Positions 9,932 through 19,457 are shown, counted from the first letter of the stretch. The stretch is DNA of 64,000 bases from a bacterium (GCA_965216315.1 CBDCFN010000016.1:2272001-2336000); one strand, 5' to 3'. The notes: generated by a model from the letters alone, not told the origin. A program made the numbers and translations.

Positions 9932-10522
9932 ATGGGTGAACCAAGCACACTTCTTAATATCTATAATAGCACCAAAGACTATATTTGGAACTTAGCCGCT
10001 GCGCAGCCCGTGGAAACGGATAGCGATGTCGCTTCCGGCGCTGATGACACGGCGCAAACTCATGCGAATACGGATTTACTAGACAAGACCGTCACCCCCT
10101 GCAAAAAGGCAACTCCTTCGGTCGTTCGCCTTCATCAAGCCCCGATGCGCCCCGGCCAGCGGGACGATGGGGATACCGAATTCACCAATTTCATGAAACG
10201 ACCCGGTTTCGGGCACGACGAACGCGTCGTCAGAGAGCTTGGTTATGCGTTTGACAAGTCGAAACTACCGGACACGATTACAGTCCGCATGCAAATATCG
10301 TCCAATGGAAGTATTGCGGTCGCCGAACTCCCGGAAGACTACAAACCACCGAAGGGCATTTCACGGGAGGAAATGAACCACATCATTCATCGAGCGCTCG
10401 TGCCTTTTAGCGTGCCTAGCTATGCAGTGCCGGAAGCATCGCGAACGAATCCATGCGCGTGGATCACGCACACCATATCGCTGAATCCGACACCGGATCC
10501 GGCATCAGTACCTAACAGTTAA
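9932..10522 (+). CDS. Hypothetical protein, no signal peptide; weak resemblance to a TonB-C-terminal-like fold
   Basis: GGAGG RBS before ATG 9932; followed by a terminator; TITVRMQISSNGSI segment. Confidence 0.65.
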   Translation: MGEPSTLLNIYNSTKDYIWNLAAAQPVETDSDVASGADDTAQTHANTDLLDKTVTPCKKATPSVVRLHQAPMRPGQRDDGDTEFTNFMKRPGFGHDERVVRELGYAFDKSKLPDTITVRMQISSNGSIAVAELPEDYKPPKGISREEMNHIIHRALVPFSVPSYAVPEASRTNPCAWITHTISLNPTPDPASVPNS

Positions 10523-10556
10523 AAACAGCTTACACATACGCACCCATGACACTCCG

Positions 10557-10597
10557 AAAAAGGTCATCCTCTTCACCCCTTGAGGATGGCTTTTTTT
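10557..10597 (+). terminator. Rho-independent terminator, possibly bidirectional
   Basis: aaaaaggtcatcctc-loop-gaggatggcttttttt. Confidence 0.75.
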
Positions 10598-10675
10598 CGT
10601 TCACTCGTGTTGACTGACGTTAACAGATAAACTTTTTGCAACGCAACAGTGTGTCGGTAGGTACCGATAACTAAT

Positions 10676-10758
10676 ATACAACAAGTTATTCAACTTACAC
10701 ATACGCACCCATGACACTCCAAAAAGGTCATCCCTCTCCCCGGGGGGATGACCTTTTT
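10676..10758 (+). ncRNA. Candidate ~80-nt small RNA
   Basis: Lies between a promoter motif (10644-10670) and a terminator hairpin (10721-10758) with no complete + strand ORF. Confidence 0.5.
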
Positions 10759-10890
10759 ACTTTTAAAGGTGTTAACTTACGTCAACAGATAAAGCCTTCG
10801 TTAACGAATATTAAACAACATCGTTTGCGAATAACCGATAATACTACAGGTAGGCTAACTGATAACTCGTTTCAGAAAGGTTGGGATAAC

Positions 10891-11238
10891 ATGTCGTATC
10901 AAATTCATACCGTCCGTCCGGGAGACACGTTGGCAAGCATTGCGCGGCACTACGGCGTCACCATGCAGCAACTCCGGAAGCTGAATGTTCATCTCACGCA
11001 ATCGAGTGGCTCGATTCCTCGTACGAGTGCAGGAAGTAAGATTTACGTCGGTGACGAAGTCCGTATTAAAGAGCTCCTTGAGTGCGGCCGCAACGTCGGG
11101 CCTTTTCAGTTGGGTTGTCGTTATGCGTCGAGTGACACATTAAAACTGGAGTTTGGTATCAAGGGCGACGTAAGCACACAACCCCTTAATTCCTCAATCA
11201 TGGTTGGCGCCAGAATCACTTTTTCCGGGGGCAACTAA
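10891..11238 (+). CDS. LysM peptidoglycan-binding domain protein
   Basis: HTVRPGDTLASIARHYGVTMQQLRKLN...KIYVGDEVRI; ATG 10891 lies downstream of promoter 10816-10841. Confidence 0.85.
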   Translation: MSYQIHTVRPGDTLASIARHYGVTMQQLRKLNVHLTQSSGSIPRTSAGSKIYVGDEVRIKELLECGRNVGPFQLGCRYASSDTLKLEFGIKGDVSTQPLNSSIMVGARITFSGGN

Positions 11239-11247
11239 ATAGCTGAA

Positions 11248-12435
11248 CTAGGGTTGCGCCGTAAACGAAGTCGTTGCGGCCTTGGTCTTACCGCCCGTCC
11301 CGCAGTCGATTTCATCGACCTTGACCTCGTATTCGGTCCCGGCGGCAAAGGGGTCAACGCCGTGCTCGCACGCGATCTCATCCGCCCCCAGCTGATGGTT
11401 GGTGCAATCGACGTCGATCGCGAGTCCTTTGGGCTGAATAATCAGCGCGCTGGGAAAATCGATCAGGCCAAGATGATATTTGCAGCCCAAGCGAACAATC
11501 ACCTGTTCCGAGAGGCCTACGCCCGTCTGACCGTTGAAGGGATAAATTCTCAAGACCGGAACCATCCCCCCCAAATCTTCCTCACGACAAGGTGAGCCGG
11601 GATCATTGTCATCGATAAAACCATTGAGGTCACAATCCCGCTCCATTTGATCAAGTACGCCGTCGTTATCATCGTCCGTGTCGATCGCATCCGAGTCCCC
11701 ATCCTCGTCGCGGTCCGTATAGATCTCCGGATTGTGTTCCGGAATCGCGTCAAGACCCTCGATCTGCACCCGACCTAAGTCAACGGGTTTCTCGGCCGGG
11801 AGCCCGACGTAAAACTCATTTTGGCGGATAAAGGCGCGCTGCTTACTGAGATGTTCCATCTTCACGACCAGGCGCGCGACGAGGTCACCGGTCTTTTTTC
11901 GGAACTCCAGCATATAAGCGCGCTTGGTCGGCACAGCGAGCTTAAAAGAGCAATCCGATTCAATTCTCGTAGTGAGCTCTTGTCGTGCAGAGTTGATCGC
12001 GGTCACGGTCGCGGCCGGACAGACCTTGACTACCGCAATTTTAGTCGCCTGCTCGGCCCATTCCGTCCGGATGTTTACCAGACTCATCTGCATGAGCGGC
12101 CTGATATCCTTATACGGCAATTCGCGCACCGGGCTCTCGATCAGCTGCCGTTCCTCTTCCACGGGCTGCAGCTGACCGATGATCAGGCGTAGCGGAGCCG
12201 GATCCTGATCGTAAGGTGTTCCCGGCCGTGGCCCTGGTCCCGGATCAGTCGGCGTCGCTTCCGGATTCCCGAAATCCGTTCCCCCGAACTCTGGGTTCCC
12301 GAAATCCGTTCCGCTGATCGTTTGCTCGGTATCGACAATGTCCGGTGGTGCGGTATCCGCTCCCTGCGGCTGGACGCACGCGGCAATAAAAAAGACGAGC
12401 GCAATAGTACTGAGCAACCGGCTCCAGCAGGTCAT
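11248..12435 (-). CDS. Lipoprotein with two GTDFGNP motifs, Asp-rich Ca-binding (TSP3-like) repeats and C-terminal Ig-like domain
   Basis: IAAC lipobox; SGTDFGNP and GGTDFGNP; C-x22-C-x-F..DLG; DRDEDGDSDAIDTDDDNDGVLD; ATGA overlap with regulator copy 2. Confidence 0.85.
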   Translation of the reverse strand: MTCWSRLLSTIALVFFIAACVQPQGADTAPPDIVDTEQTISGTDFGNPEFGGTDFGNPEATPTDPGPGPRPGTPYDQDPAPLRLIIGQLQPVEEERQLIESPVRELPYKDIRPLMQMSLVNIRTEWAEQATKIAVVKVCPAATVTAINSARQELTTRIESDCSFKLAVPTKRAYMLEFRKKTGDLVARLVVKMEHLSKQRAFIRQNEFYVGLPAEKPVDLGRVQIEGLDAIPEHNPEIYTDRDEDGDSDAIDTDDDNDGVLDQMERDCDLNGFIDDNDPGSPCREEDLGGMVPVLRIYPFNGQTGVGLSEQVIVRLGCKYHLGLIDFPSALIIQPKGLAIDVDCTNHQLGADEIACEHGVDPFAAGTEYEVKVDEIDCGTGGKTKAATTSFTAQP

Positions 12436-13292
12436 GATCCACCTGCCTCGTCCGTCGGCTCTTCGACCATCGGGAATAAATAGATATTCAACTGCAAGAC
12501 CTCCTCCGTCTCCGTATCATCGGCGACCAGCTTGAGGATGTCCTGTCGAAATTTTTCGATTTTCTTCTTTATCTGGTGCAGGCGGGGCTTGGTTACTCCC
12601 AAGGTCAACGCCCCCATATAGCGCCTCGGTGCCGGAACGGCCCCAAGCAGGTGGGGGAGAAGCTTCATCATAGTCTTATGATAATTGAAAAGCTCAACGG
12701 ATTCAATAGCGGTCCCGGGGGCGAGCACGGAAGAGCTCTGTTCCCAGCGTCCTGACGGGCTGCGATGGATCAATTCGAGCTTTTCCAAGAGCTCGAGCGA
12801 GGCTTCGACCTGCTCCAATTTGATCCGTTTTCCGAGCCGCGTCATCAACCATTCCGGGGTTCCATCATAGTCCTTGGCCGTGATGAGCTCGCGAATGACC
12901 GCATGGTACCAAGCCGAACAATATTCATGCTGATGGGCTCTAATCGGTTGTCTTTGTTGGTATTTTTTCGAACGCAGCAACAAGTTGTAGTAACGATCCT
13001 CTTCTTCATGGGTCTTGGCCTGGTTATACGCGACCAGATTGCTAAAAAAATCGGCGTCCTGGGCCGCCAGCTTCAAGGCCTTAACCGTCTTCGGCAAGGT
13101 ATCCGCAGTTAAGTTCCGTTTTCCCTGAATGACCAACATGATGTAGTTGGAGGACTTGAACCCGGCGCGTTCCGCAAATCTTCGATAGGACATGGAGGCC
13201 CGGGTCTTTTTCTTCGCCTCAAACCAGTCGCGCAAATAGGTACGATAATCGTTGTAATCGTAGAGATTTATGTCCTCTGCCGGCTCCGACAC
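12432..13292 (-). CDS. TIGR02147/DUF4423-like regulator, copy 2
   Basis: Same motif set as 8780..9628; GTG start. Confidence 0.88.
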   Translation of the reverse strand: MSEPAEDINLYDYNDYRTYLRDWFEAKKKTRASMSYRRFAERAGFKSSNYIMLVIQGKRNLTADTLPKTVKALKLAAQDADFFSNLVAYNQAKTHEEEDRYYNLLLRSKKYQQRQPIRAHQHEYCSAWYHAVIRELITAKDYDGTPEWLMTRLGKRIKLEQVEASLELLEKLELIHRSPSGRWEQSSSVLAPGTAIESVELFNYHKTMMKLLPHLLGAVPAPRRYMGALTLGVTKPRLHQIKKKIEKFRQDILKLVADDTETEEVLQLNIYLFPMVEEPTDEAGGS

Positions 13293-13357
13293 CTACCAAA
13301 AATACCTGTAATTACTTGTAGGCGCAACTAAATGGTCTCTTTGGGAGTTCTGGACCG

Positions 13358-15238
13358 CTAACCCTCACCATTCGGGTCTTGGATGACCATGCGTGCCGCC
13401 GCCGTCCAATAGTCGACGTCAATCTCCGCATCGACGAGGAGGCGTGCCCCGGCCAAGGTCGTAATCTCCGGATGTTCGTGGAAGCGAATCGGGATCAACG
13501 GGATAAAGTAAGGTGGGTAACGCTCCAATACATAATCAAGCAGCTCCATTTTATCATCGTCGCTAAGCCACTCGAGTCGCGCTAACCCCAAAAACCGAAA
13601 GGCCTGTCGCAAGTTGAGCGGCTTCGGATAGAGCGACACATGGGCCGTTTGATAGATATTCCATAATTCGTGGAGGTGGCTCTCGATCTGACTGCGCTGT
13701 TTCTGCGGCGAGGTCACGCCGCCACCTACGAAGATGATGTGCTGTCCCGGATAACGCAAAAACCGTTTGGCAAATTCCGCAAATTTCTCGACATACTTAC
13801 CCGAGATATAAACAGACTCATCAAAAATAAACACTGTCGGTTGCACGATATCATCGATCTCGCGGATCAAGCCGATGGCCCGATCACCTCCCCCCATCGC
13901 CTGGGCATCAAGCGAAACGACTCGGTGCCCCCTTTCTGATAAGACCCGTTCCAAATTCCAGATGAGAACCTCACTTTTTCCGGAGCCCGAAAGGCCGGTC
14001 GAAGAGACGAGCTGGACACCATCCTCAATCGCGCTAACGACCTGATCGACTTCGGAAGCACGATAGTCACGAAGCGACTTATCCGAAGGATCTCGATCGA
14101 TCGACCGCAGCAGCCGACTATCCTGAGTACGAAAGCCCACCACATGATAAGGGGATCGCGGTTGAGTCCGCTGCGATAAGTCAGGAATCGGCGGGGTCTG
14201 ACGCGGGCGCGGAAATAGGTGGGGTCGATAAATAATCAAGGCATTGCGCACCGTCTCCGGCAAATTGGTAAAGGGCATCCCGAGCACACCCCGTACACGA
14301 CGGAGAATGCGGCCGCCGCGTCCCGCAATAACCGATTCACGAAAACGGCTGATAGTCTCATCATCCTTTAAATCCAATTGCATCGTGTAGCTGGAGCGAT
14401 CGAGCAAGAAGGCCAGCCCCGGACGGCGCGCCACGTCCACGACCTGATCAACCGTAAACTGATAACCATGACGCTCAATAATCTCGGACACAACTCGCAG
14501 CCAGCCGAGTTTAATCCGGGGGAGCACAATAAACCCAGCGAGTTCGCGTGGACTCCTCAGTTCATTGTATTTATCTTGAGCAAAGGCCTCGCCGTAATCG
14601 CCCGCAAATTCCTTCAGTTTATTGCCGATGGCATTGCGAGTTCCCTGATCGATCGTAACCCCATCAAAGAAGCGGTAGGCATAACGGCCGACCTCACGCG
14701 CTTCGATCTGGAAGTCACTCACCATCCCACTCTTGCGCGCAAAATGAAGTAGATTTTGATGGATCTGCAGAGCCAGTCGGGACTTGGATCCCGTAATTTC
14801 TATGGATGTATCACTCCTTCGCGTCAGCGATCCGTCCGCATTCCGTTGCCAGACGTACGTACAACTTCCATTGATACTGTCACCATTCCCTTTAAACTCG
14901 GCGTGCGTCTCAAAAGTATTTTCGTTGTGTCTCGCCACACGCAGGCAATCAAGCTTCAAGGAAATGTTCATTCCTTCAAAGGCATTAATCAGATCCTGGA
15001 TGGTGACCCGCTCCCCAAAGAATTGCGCAAACGCTTGATGCAAAGCGGGATGCCGCGACGCATCCTCAATCGCATAGTCGACATCGTCGATCGATACGGA
15101 GCTGAGCCGGTGCGTTTGAATAGGAAACGGCCCCGAAGGAGGATTTAAAATATCGAAAGAATCCCCGGAGGCCAGAACAGTCGTCATCAAGCCTATTGAG
15201 GCTAAACCGTTCGTATAGGAGGACACCACAGGCAGCAT
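13358..15238 (-). CDS. Hypothetical multidomain protein: possible GNAT-like N-terminal region plus P-loop NTPase
   Basis: Walker A GLSGSGKS, Walker B VFIFDE; IEAREVGRYAYRFFDG segment; start either GTG 15244 or ATG 15238. Confidence 0.7.
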   Translation of the reverse strand: MLPVVSSYTNGLASIGLMTTVLASGDSFDILNPPSGPFPIQTHRLSSVSIDDVDYAIEDASRHPALHQAFAQFFGERVTIQDLINAFEGMNISLKLDCLRVARHNENTFETHAEFKGNGDSINGSCTYVWQRNADGSLTRRSDTSIEITGSKSRLALQIHQNLLHFARKSGMVSDFQIEAREVGRYAYRFFDGVTIDQGTRNAIGNKLKEFAGDYGEAFAQDKYNELRSPRELAGFIVLPRIKLGWLRVVSEIIERHGYQFTVDQVVDVARRPGLAFLLDRSSYTMQLDLKDDETISRFRESVIAGRGGRILRRVRGVLGMPFTNLPETVRNALIIYRPHLFPRPRQTPPIPDLSQRTQPRSPYHVVGFRTQDSRLLRSIDRDPSDKSLRDYRASEVDQVVSAIEDGVQLVSSTGLSGSGKSEVLIWNLERVLSERGHRVVSLDAQAMGGGDRAIGLIREIDDIVQPTVFIFDESVYISGKYVEKFAEFAKRFLRYPGQHIIFVGGGVTSPQKQRSQIESHLHELWNIYQTAHVSLYPKPLNLRQAFRFLGLARLEWLSDDDKMELLDYVLERYPPYFIPLIPIRFHEHPEITTLAGARLLVDAEIDVDYWTAAARMVIQDPNGEG

Positions 15239-15245
15239 ACTCACT

Positions 15246-15272
15246 TCATCGCCGCTCTGCGTAAGAAGTTGC
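15246..15272 (-). promoter_or_regulatory. Sigma-28-like promoter variant (GCAAC-N15-GCGATGA)
   Basis: tcatcgc 15246-15252; gttgc 15268-15272; fills the short intergenic gap. Confidence 0.45.
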
Positions 15273-16121
15273 TTAAGCCTTGGGGCTCGTTAACGGAAAC
15301 ATGTGAATATTGACCTGAACGACCTCTTCCGGGGTTTCATCTGCGGAGACGAATTTGAGGATGTCCTGACGAAATTTTTGGACTTTTTTCTTGAGTTGCT
15401 CCAGCCTTTCTTTACGCACCCCGAGGGTCAATGCACTGATATCGCGTCGTTCTCCCGGTACGGTATCAAGAACCTCCTTGGTCAACTCGAGCATATTATA
15501 ATGATATGCAAATAATTCGATCGAGCGAACATCCGCCCCCGTCGAAACTAAACTATGGCTCTGTTTCCACCGACCTTTTTTATTGCGCTTGGCGAAGCCC
15601 AAGGTTTCTAATAATTCGAGAGAATGCGTCACATCGGCAACAGATACTTTCGGAAAAATCCGTTCCGCAATCCATTCAGCAGTCCCGTCATATTCTTTTG
15701 CCGTAATGAGTTCGCGAATGACGGCATGGTACCAACGAGAGCAATATTCATATTGGTGCGTGCGTATCGGTTCTAACTGGTTATACTTTCTCGACCGCAG
15801 CATGCGTTGATAATAACGCTCTTTGTCCCGCTGATGTTCCTCCTGCGTATAATGAACCAGGTTTTCAAAAAATTCCGTCTCCTGCTTGTTCAGCTTGAGC
15901 GCCTTGGCCACTTTAGGAATGCTTTCTTGGCTCAAATTTCGCTTGCCCTGCAACACCATCATAATGAAATTCCAGGACTTGAGGCCGGCACGCTCCGAGA
16001 ACTTTCGATACGACATGCCCGCCCGGGTCTGTTTAGCAGCTTTGTACCAATCGTTTAGAAAATCACGATAATCTAGATAACTAAACGGGCTGACCTGATT
16101 GGCAATGCGTGACTGTGACAT
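15273..16121 (-). CDS. TIGR02147/DUF4423-like regulator, copy 3
   Basis: Same motif set as copies 1 and 2. Confidence 0.88.
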   Translation of the reverse strand: MSQSRIANQVSPFSYLDYRDFLNDWYKAAKQTRAGMSYRKFSERAGLKSWNFIMMVLQGKRNLSQESIPKVAKALKLNKQETEFFENLVHYTQEEHQRDKERYYQRMLRSRKYNQLEPIRTHQYEYCSRWYHAVIRELITAKEYDGTAEWIAERIFPKVSVADVTHSLELLETLGFAKRNKKGRWKQSHSLVSTGADVRSIELFAYHYNMLELTKEVLDTVPGERRDISALTLGVRKERLEQLKKKVQKFRQDILKFVSADETPEEVVQVNIHMFPLTSPKA

Positions 16122-16443
16122 AGGGGTTTCAATGATCTTATAACAACCCCCTCATCAAGTACACAGAAATTGGCATGATGCTTTTAAAGAAAAGAGGCTA
16201 ATAATACCTCGCTTTTTAGCAGCGAGTTTTCTGTACACGCTCAATGCACAGAGCCTTGTTGCAGAGGACACCGGCAAGGCGGCACAGCAGGCAATGACGG
16301 GGCGACGACCGGAGAGACGCCGCCCCGCCCAGGGTTCAGCTAGCGGTATTGACCGATTCCAAGGAAACGGACGCACCCGACAACCACCAGCAGAGCCAGA
16401 GTGCCTACAGAGAGAAGAACTGATGACTCGCCCGAACAGTTAG

Positions 16444-16515
16444 TTATCGGATATATGAGGTCCGCGGATGCGGATTATCAGCAGAATATTCTATAATCAG
16501 TGTACTTTAGTACAC
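16444..16515 (-). promoter_or_regulatory. Sigma-28-like promoter (GCATC-N16-CCGATAA) plus GTGTAC-N4-GTACAC box
   Basis: ttatcgg 16444-16450; gatg 16467-16470; gtgtactttagtacac 16500-16515. Confidence 0.6.
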
Positions 16516-16565
16516 TAACAAGTCTCATTTATTTAACAATTCTAAGCAACTATGATTAGTCGATT

Positions 16566-17711
16566 CTATAAAGCCGTCTTAAAAGTCCAACTCGTCTGCG
16601 GAATACTTTCCCCGCCGTCACAGTCGGTCTCCAGCAGCGTCGCCGTGTACGTCATGTTGTGCACAAAGGGAAGCGCGTGCGTACACTCAATAACCGTATT
16701 GCCAACAAAGAGAACCGACACGCACGCAATCGTGGCAGCCACTTCATCCTCGAGTTTGATCTTGCCCGAATCAAACTGGCCGACATCAACGGGGCAACTG
16801 ACCTTGACCCGTATCTTTTGCAACTCACCTATATCCGTTTCGCCACTAAAAGGAGACGCTGCGAGCACTCGCGGTCCGGAAGAGGATCCTCCTGCGGAAC
16901 ACGCGGAATCTTCGTCGCCATCATCGGGAAAGCCATCGAGGTCACAGTCCGGCTCTTCCACATCAGGAATTCCATCATTATCGTCGTCAGGATCGTCTTT
17001 GTCATTGAGGCCATCTCCGTCGCGGTCACTCCACGCGCGCGGATCATTGGCCGCCGTTGCAATCTTACCTGTGCGCGCAATAGCCCCCAAATCGAGCGGG
17101 GTGTCCGAAGCCGGGATGTTGAAAGTATGAAGCGGAACGCCTCCGACTACTGAGACGACTAAACGCGATTGGATCGAGCCTGCCGACCAAAAACTCATAT
17201 GATAAAGTTGATTGGAGGGGACCTCAATACGGAAAGAACAATCGTCTTGAATATCGGACTCATGAACCTCTCCATCGGAAGCGGTTAACTTGACGTGGTC
17301 GACCCCGCAAATCAGCTTCGGCGGGGTCGCGAAGGAACCGGGACCAGGCGCGGGCGGTTCCGGCACGGTACTTCCTCCCGTCGTAAACCCCGGGGCCAAA
17401 CCTACCTGGTCGCCCGCGAATCCAGGATTGTCTCCCGGTGCCGGCTCCTCGTTCCCTGAAGGGGCCTTTTCTGCAATGAGTTTCAACTGACCCGTCACGA
17501 GAGCGATGGGATTGCCGAATTCGGAACCCCCTTGAGGATTACCAAATTCCGAACCTCCCTGTTCCTGCGGATTACCGAATTCGGAAGCGCCGGTCTTTTC
17601 GACCTCAGCCCCAGTGGGGACGTTATCGGGAGAATCAAGACCGCCTCCCGGTACACAGGATGTCAGTAGGAATAACAGGGCCGTAATCGAAACAATTGAA
17701 CGCGCGTGCAT
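16566..17711 (-). CDS. Lipoprotein with three G(A/G)SEFGNP motifs, Asp-rich repeats and Ig-like domain; paralog of 11248..12435
   Basis: LTSC lipobox; GASEFGNP, GGSEFGNP, GGSEFGNP; C-x22-C-x-F..DLG; DRDGDGLNDKDDPDDDNDGIPD. Confidence 0.85.
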   Translation of the reverse strand: MHARSIVSITALLFLLTSCVPGGGLDSPDNVPTGAEVEKTGASEFGNPQEQGGSEFGNPQGGSEFGNPIALVTGQLKLIAEKAPSGNEEPAPGDNPGFAGDQVGLAPGFTTGGSTVPEPPAPGPGSFATPPKLICGVDHVKLTASDGEVHESDIQDDCSFRIEVPSNQLYHMSFWSAGSIQSRLVVSVVGGVPLHTFNIPASDTPLDLGAIARTGKIATAANDPRAWSDRDGDGLNDKDDPDDDNDGIPDVEEPDCDLDGFPDDGDEDSACSAGGSSSGPRVLAASPFSGETDIGELQKIRVKVSCPVDVGQFDSGKIKLEDEVAATIACVSVLFVGNTVIECTHALPFVHNMTYTATLLETDCDGGESIPQTSWTFKTAL

Positions 17712-17760
17712 AGACTCTCCCTTTATACCATGTTGTCCCCCGTCAGGGAATAACTACCGA

Positions 17761-19239
17761 TTATTGTCTCAACAGCGCACGGCGCCCAAACAACACGCCT
17801 AATGCTGCCAAGGCCATCACGAAGAGGCCGAGTGTATTTGCCGCGTGAGGCGTCGCGTTCAGGCTACAACCACCCGATGTCGCGAGTGATTCACTTTCTT
17901 CACCCGTTCCATCACCGACGATAACTTCTTCATTTTCCGCCGGATTCTCTTCCGCATCCTCTCCCTTATCCGCGTCTATGTTTATAAGTTCGCCTTCACA
18001 TTGATCATCACAACCGTCGCCATTTTCTTCATTCCCGTCGTCGCAGTCCTCTCCCTCATCCACAATACCATTGCCACAGAGACCTTTTTCGAAGGCCCCG
18101 ACATCCGAACTGACCCCAAGAGGCCTCGGAAAACCGCGCTGGTCTTCAGCCAGCTTGACAATGATGGCGGCATCAATAGCGAGGCTGCCGGCTCCAAGCG
18201 CATGTGTGCGGGTGTCTCCGCCGTTAAAAGCCAAGGCTTGCAACTTAAGATCGGCACTGTCGACTCCCGATTGATCCGTCGTTTCCGTAAGGTTACAGGT
18301 TCCGTCGACATCAATGTTGCCACCACCCGATGTAATCGTCCCGAGACCACCGGACGTATCGCAATTCGCGTCAACGCCGCCGGATCCGTCTACCTGTGCC
18401 AACAAACTATTATACAAATTCACTTCGCCATCACCGGCAACGAGATGAGCCGCTAGCAGGTCAGCACGATTATGATAGAAAGTGACATGCCAGAGATCCA
18501 CATCGTCCGCGAGACTCACCAGCCCGCCACCGGTCGGCGCCGTATTGTTACTGATCGTGACATTCACCAACTTGATGTTGCTAGAGCCCGTTCCAACGGC
18601 AACACCGCCACCAAAATCGGCAGCGCTATTGTCGCTGACCAAACAGCGCTCCATATCAAGCGTTCCGGTTCCTATCGCCAGACCGCCGCCAGCGTCGGCT
18701 TCATTGCCGATAAGCTCGACATCACGCAAAATAATATCACCGGATCCATCCGAATAGATTCCGGCACCGGGTTCCGTGGGGCTCGATCCACTCTGAATCG
18801 AGAGTCGCTCAAAAGTTACGTTCGCATTATTTAAAACGTGAAACACTCGACTGTGTTGACCACCACTGATAATCGGCAGAGGCAATTTCTTAAGCGGGAT
18901 AGCACCCGAACTCAAACTCGGGTCCCCTTGGATGATGACATCATCCGTGATATCAAAATCGCGCAGGCCATTCGCATCATCATCGACAAGCATCGTCTCA
19001 TCGATTCCATAAATGCCGTTGGCAATGATAATCGTATCTTCGCCGGGATTGCTATTCGCTAGATTAATCGCCGCACGCAAGGTGCATGACGTTCCGCCAC
19101 CGAGCATGAAGAAACAGATACCACCATCTTCCGTTCGATCCACGGTATAAGTCTCCGCGTGGACTTGAGCCGCCGCCAACATCGCGACAACCACCGCGCT
19201 AATAATTGAGAATTTTTTAATCGTTTCCAGTATACCCAT
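17761..19239 (-). CDS. CSLREA/choice-of-anchor Q surface protein with MYXO-CTERM-like sorting signal
   Basis: Signal peptide, CTLRAA, one Cys-rich repeat, C-terminal SGGCSL-linker-TM helix-RR. Confidence 0.88.
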   Translation of the reverse strand: MGILETIKKFSIISAVVVAMLAAAQVHAETYTVDRTEDGGICFFMLGGGTSCTLRAAINLANSNPGEDTIIIANGIYGIDETMLVDDDANGLRDFDITDDVIIQGDPSLSSGAIPLKKLPLPIISGGQHSRVFHVLNNANVTFERLSIQSGSSPTEPGAGIYSDGSGDIILRDVELIGNEADAGGGLAIGTGTLDMERCLVSDNSAADFGGGVAVGTGSSNIKLVNVTISNNTAPTGGGLVSLADDVDLWHVTFYHNRADLLAAHLVAGDGEVNLYNSLLAQVDGSGGVDANCDTSGGLGTITSGGGNIDVDGTCNLTETTDQSGVDSADLKLQALAFNGGDTRTHALGAGSLAIDAAIIVKLAEDQRGFPRPLGVSSDVGAFEKGLCGNGIVDEGEDCDDGNEENGDGCDDQCEGELINIDADKGEDAEENPAENEEVIVGDGTGEESESLATSGGCSLNATPHAANTLGLFVMALAALGVLFGRRALLRQ

Positions 19240-19277
19240 GATCTTTCCTCCAGTTAGAAATTTTTCGGTCCTACTAG

Positions 19278-19350
19278 TTATCGACTCCGGTGGGGTCTAA
19301 GTTGAGCGTCAATGAGGAATATTTACCTAAAACAGTGTACATGAGTACAC
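19278..19350 (-). promoter_or_regulatory. Sigma-28-like promoter (CAAC-N16-TCGATAA) plus GTGTAC-N4-GTACAC box
   Basis: ttatcga 19278-19284; gttg 19301-19304; gtgtacatgagtacac 19335-19350. Confidence 0.7.
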
Positions 19351-19457
19351 ATATAATCTTAATAAAACTTAATTATTTTAATTAGTTAGATAATATTTAT
19401 TTGAGATATTTGCGAAATTGTTGTCCACATAGACTTGTGGAGTCGGACTGAGGGGCA

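Larger units (their letters stand above)
10529..10841 (+). repeat. Tandem duplication with 165-bp period: 27-nt CA-rich segment, terminator, operator box, promoter
   Basis: cttacacatacgcacccatgacactcc identical at 10529-10555 and 10694-10720, each followed by an aaaaaggtcatcc..ggatg(g/a)c..tttt hairpin, a GTTRAC-N4-GTYAAC box and CAAC..CCGATAA. Confidence 0.85.

Noticed and set aside
10529..10841. 165-bp-period repeat as a mini CRISPR array
   Set aside because: Only two copies, spacing too long, and the interval is terminator, operator and promoter
10711..10890. 60-aa N-terminal extension of the LysM ORF
   Set aside because: Runs through a terminator, operator box and promoter; ATG 10891 is the better start
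16155..16376. 73-aa ORF, and a c-di-GMP riboswitch or 6S RNA call for this region
   Set aside because: ORF lacks an RBS and protein-like composition; the consensus elements of those RNAs could not be matched by eye
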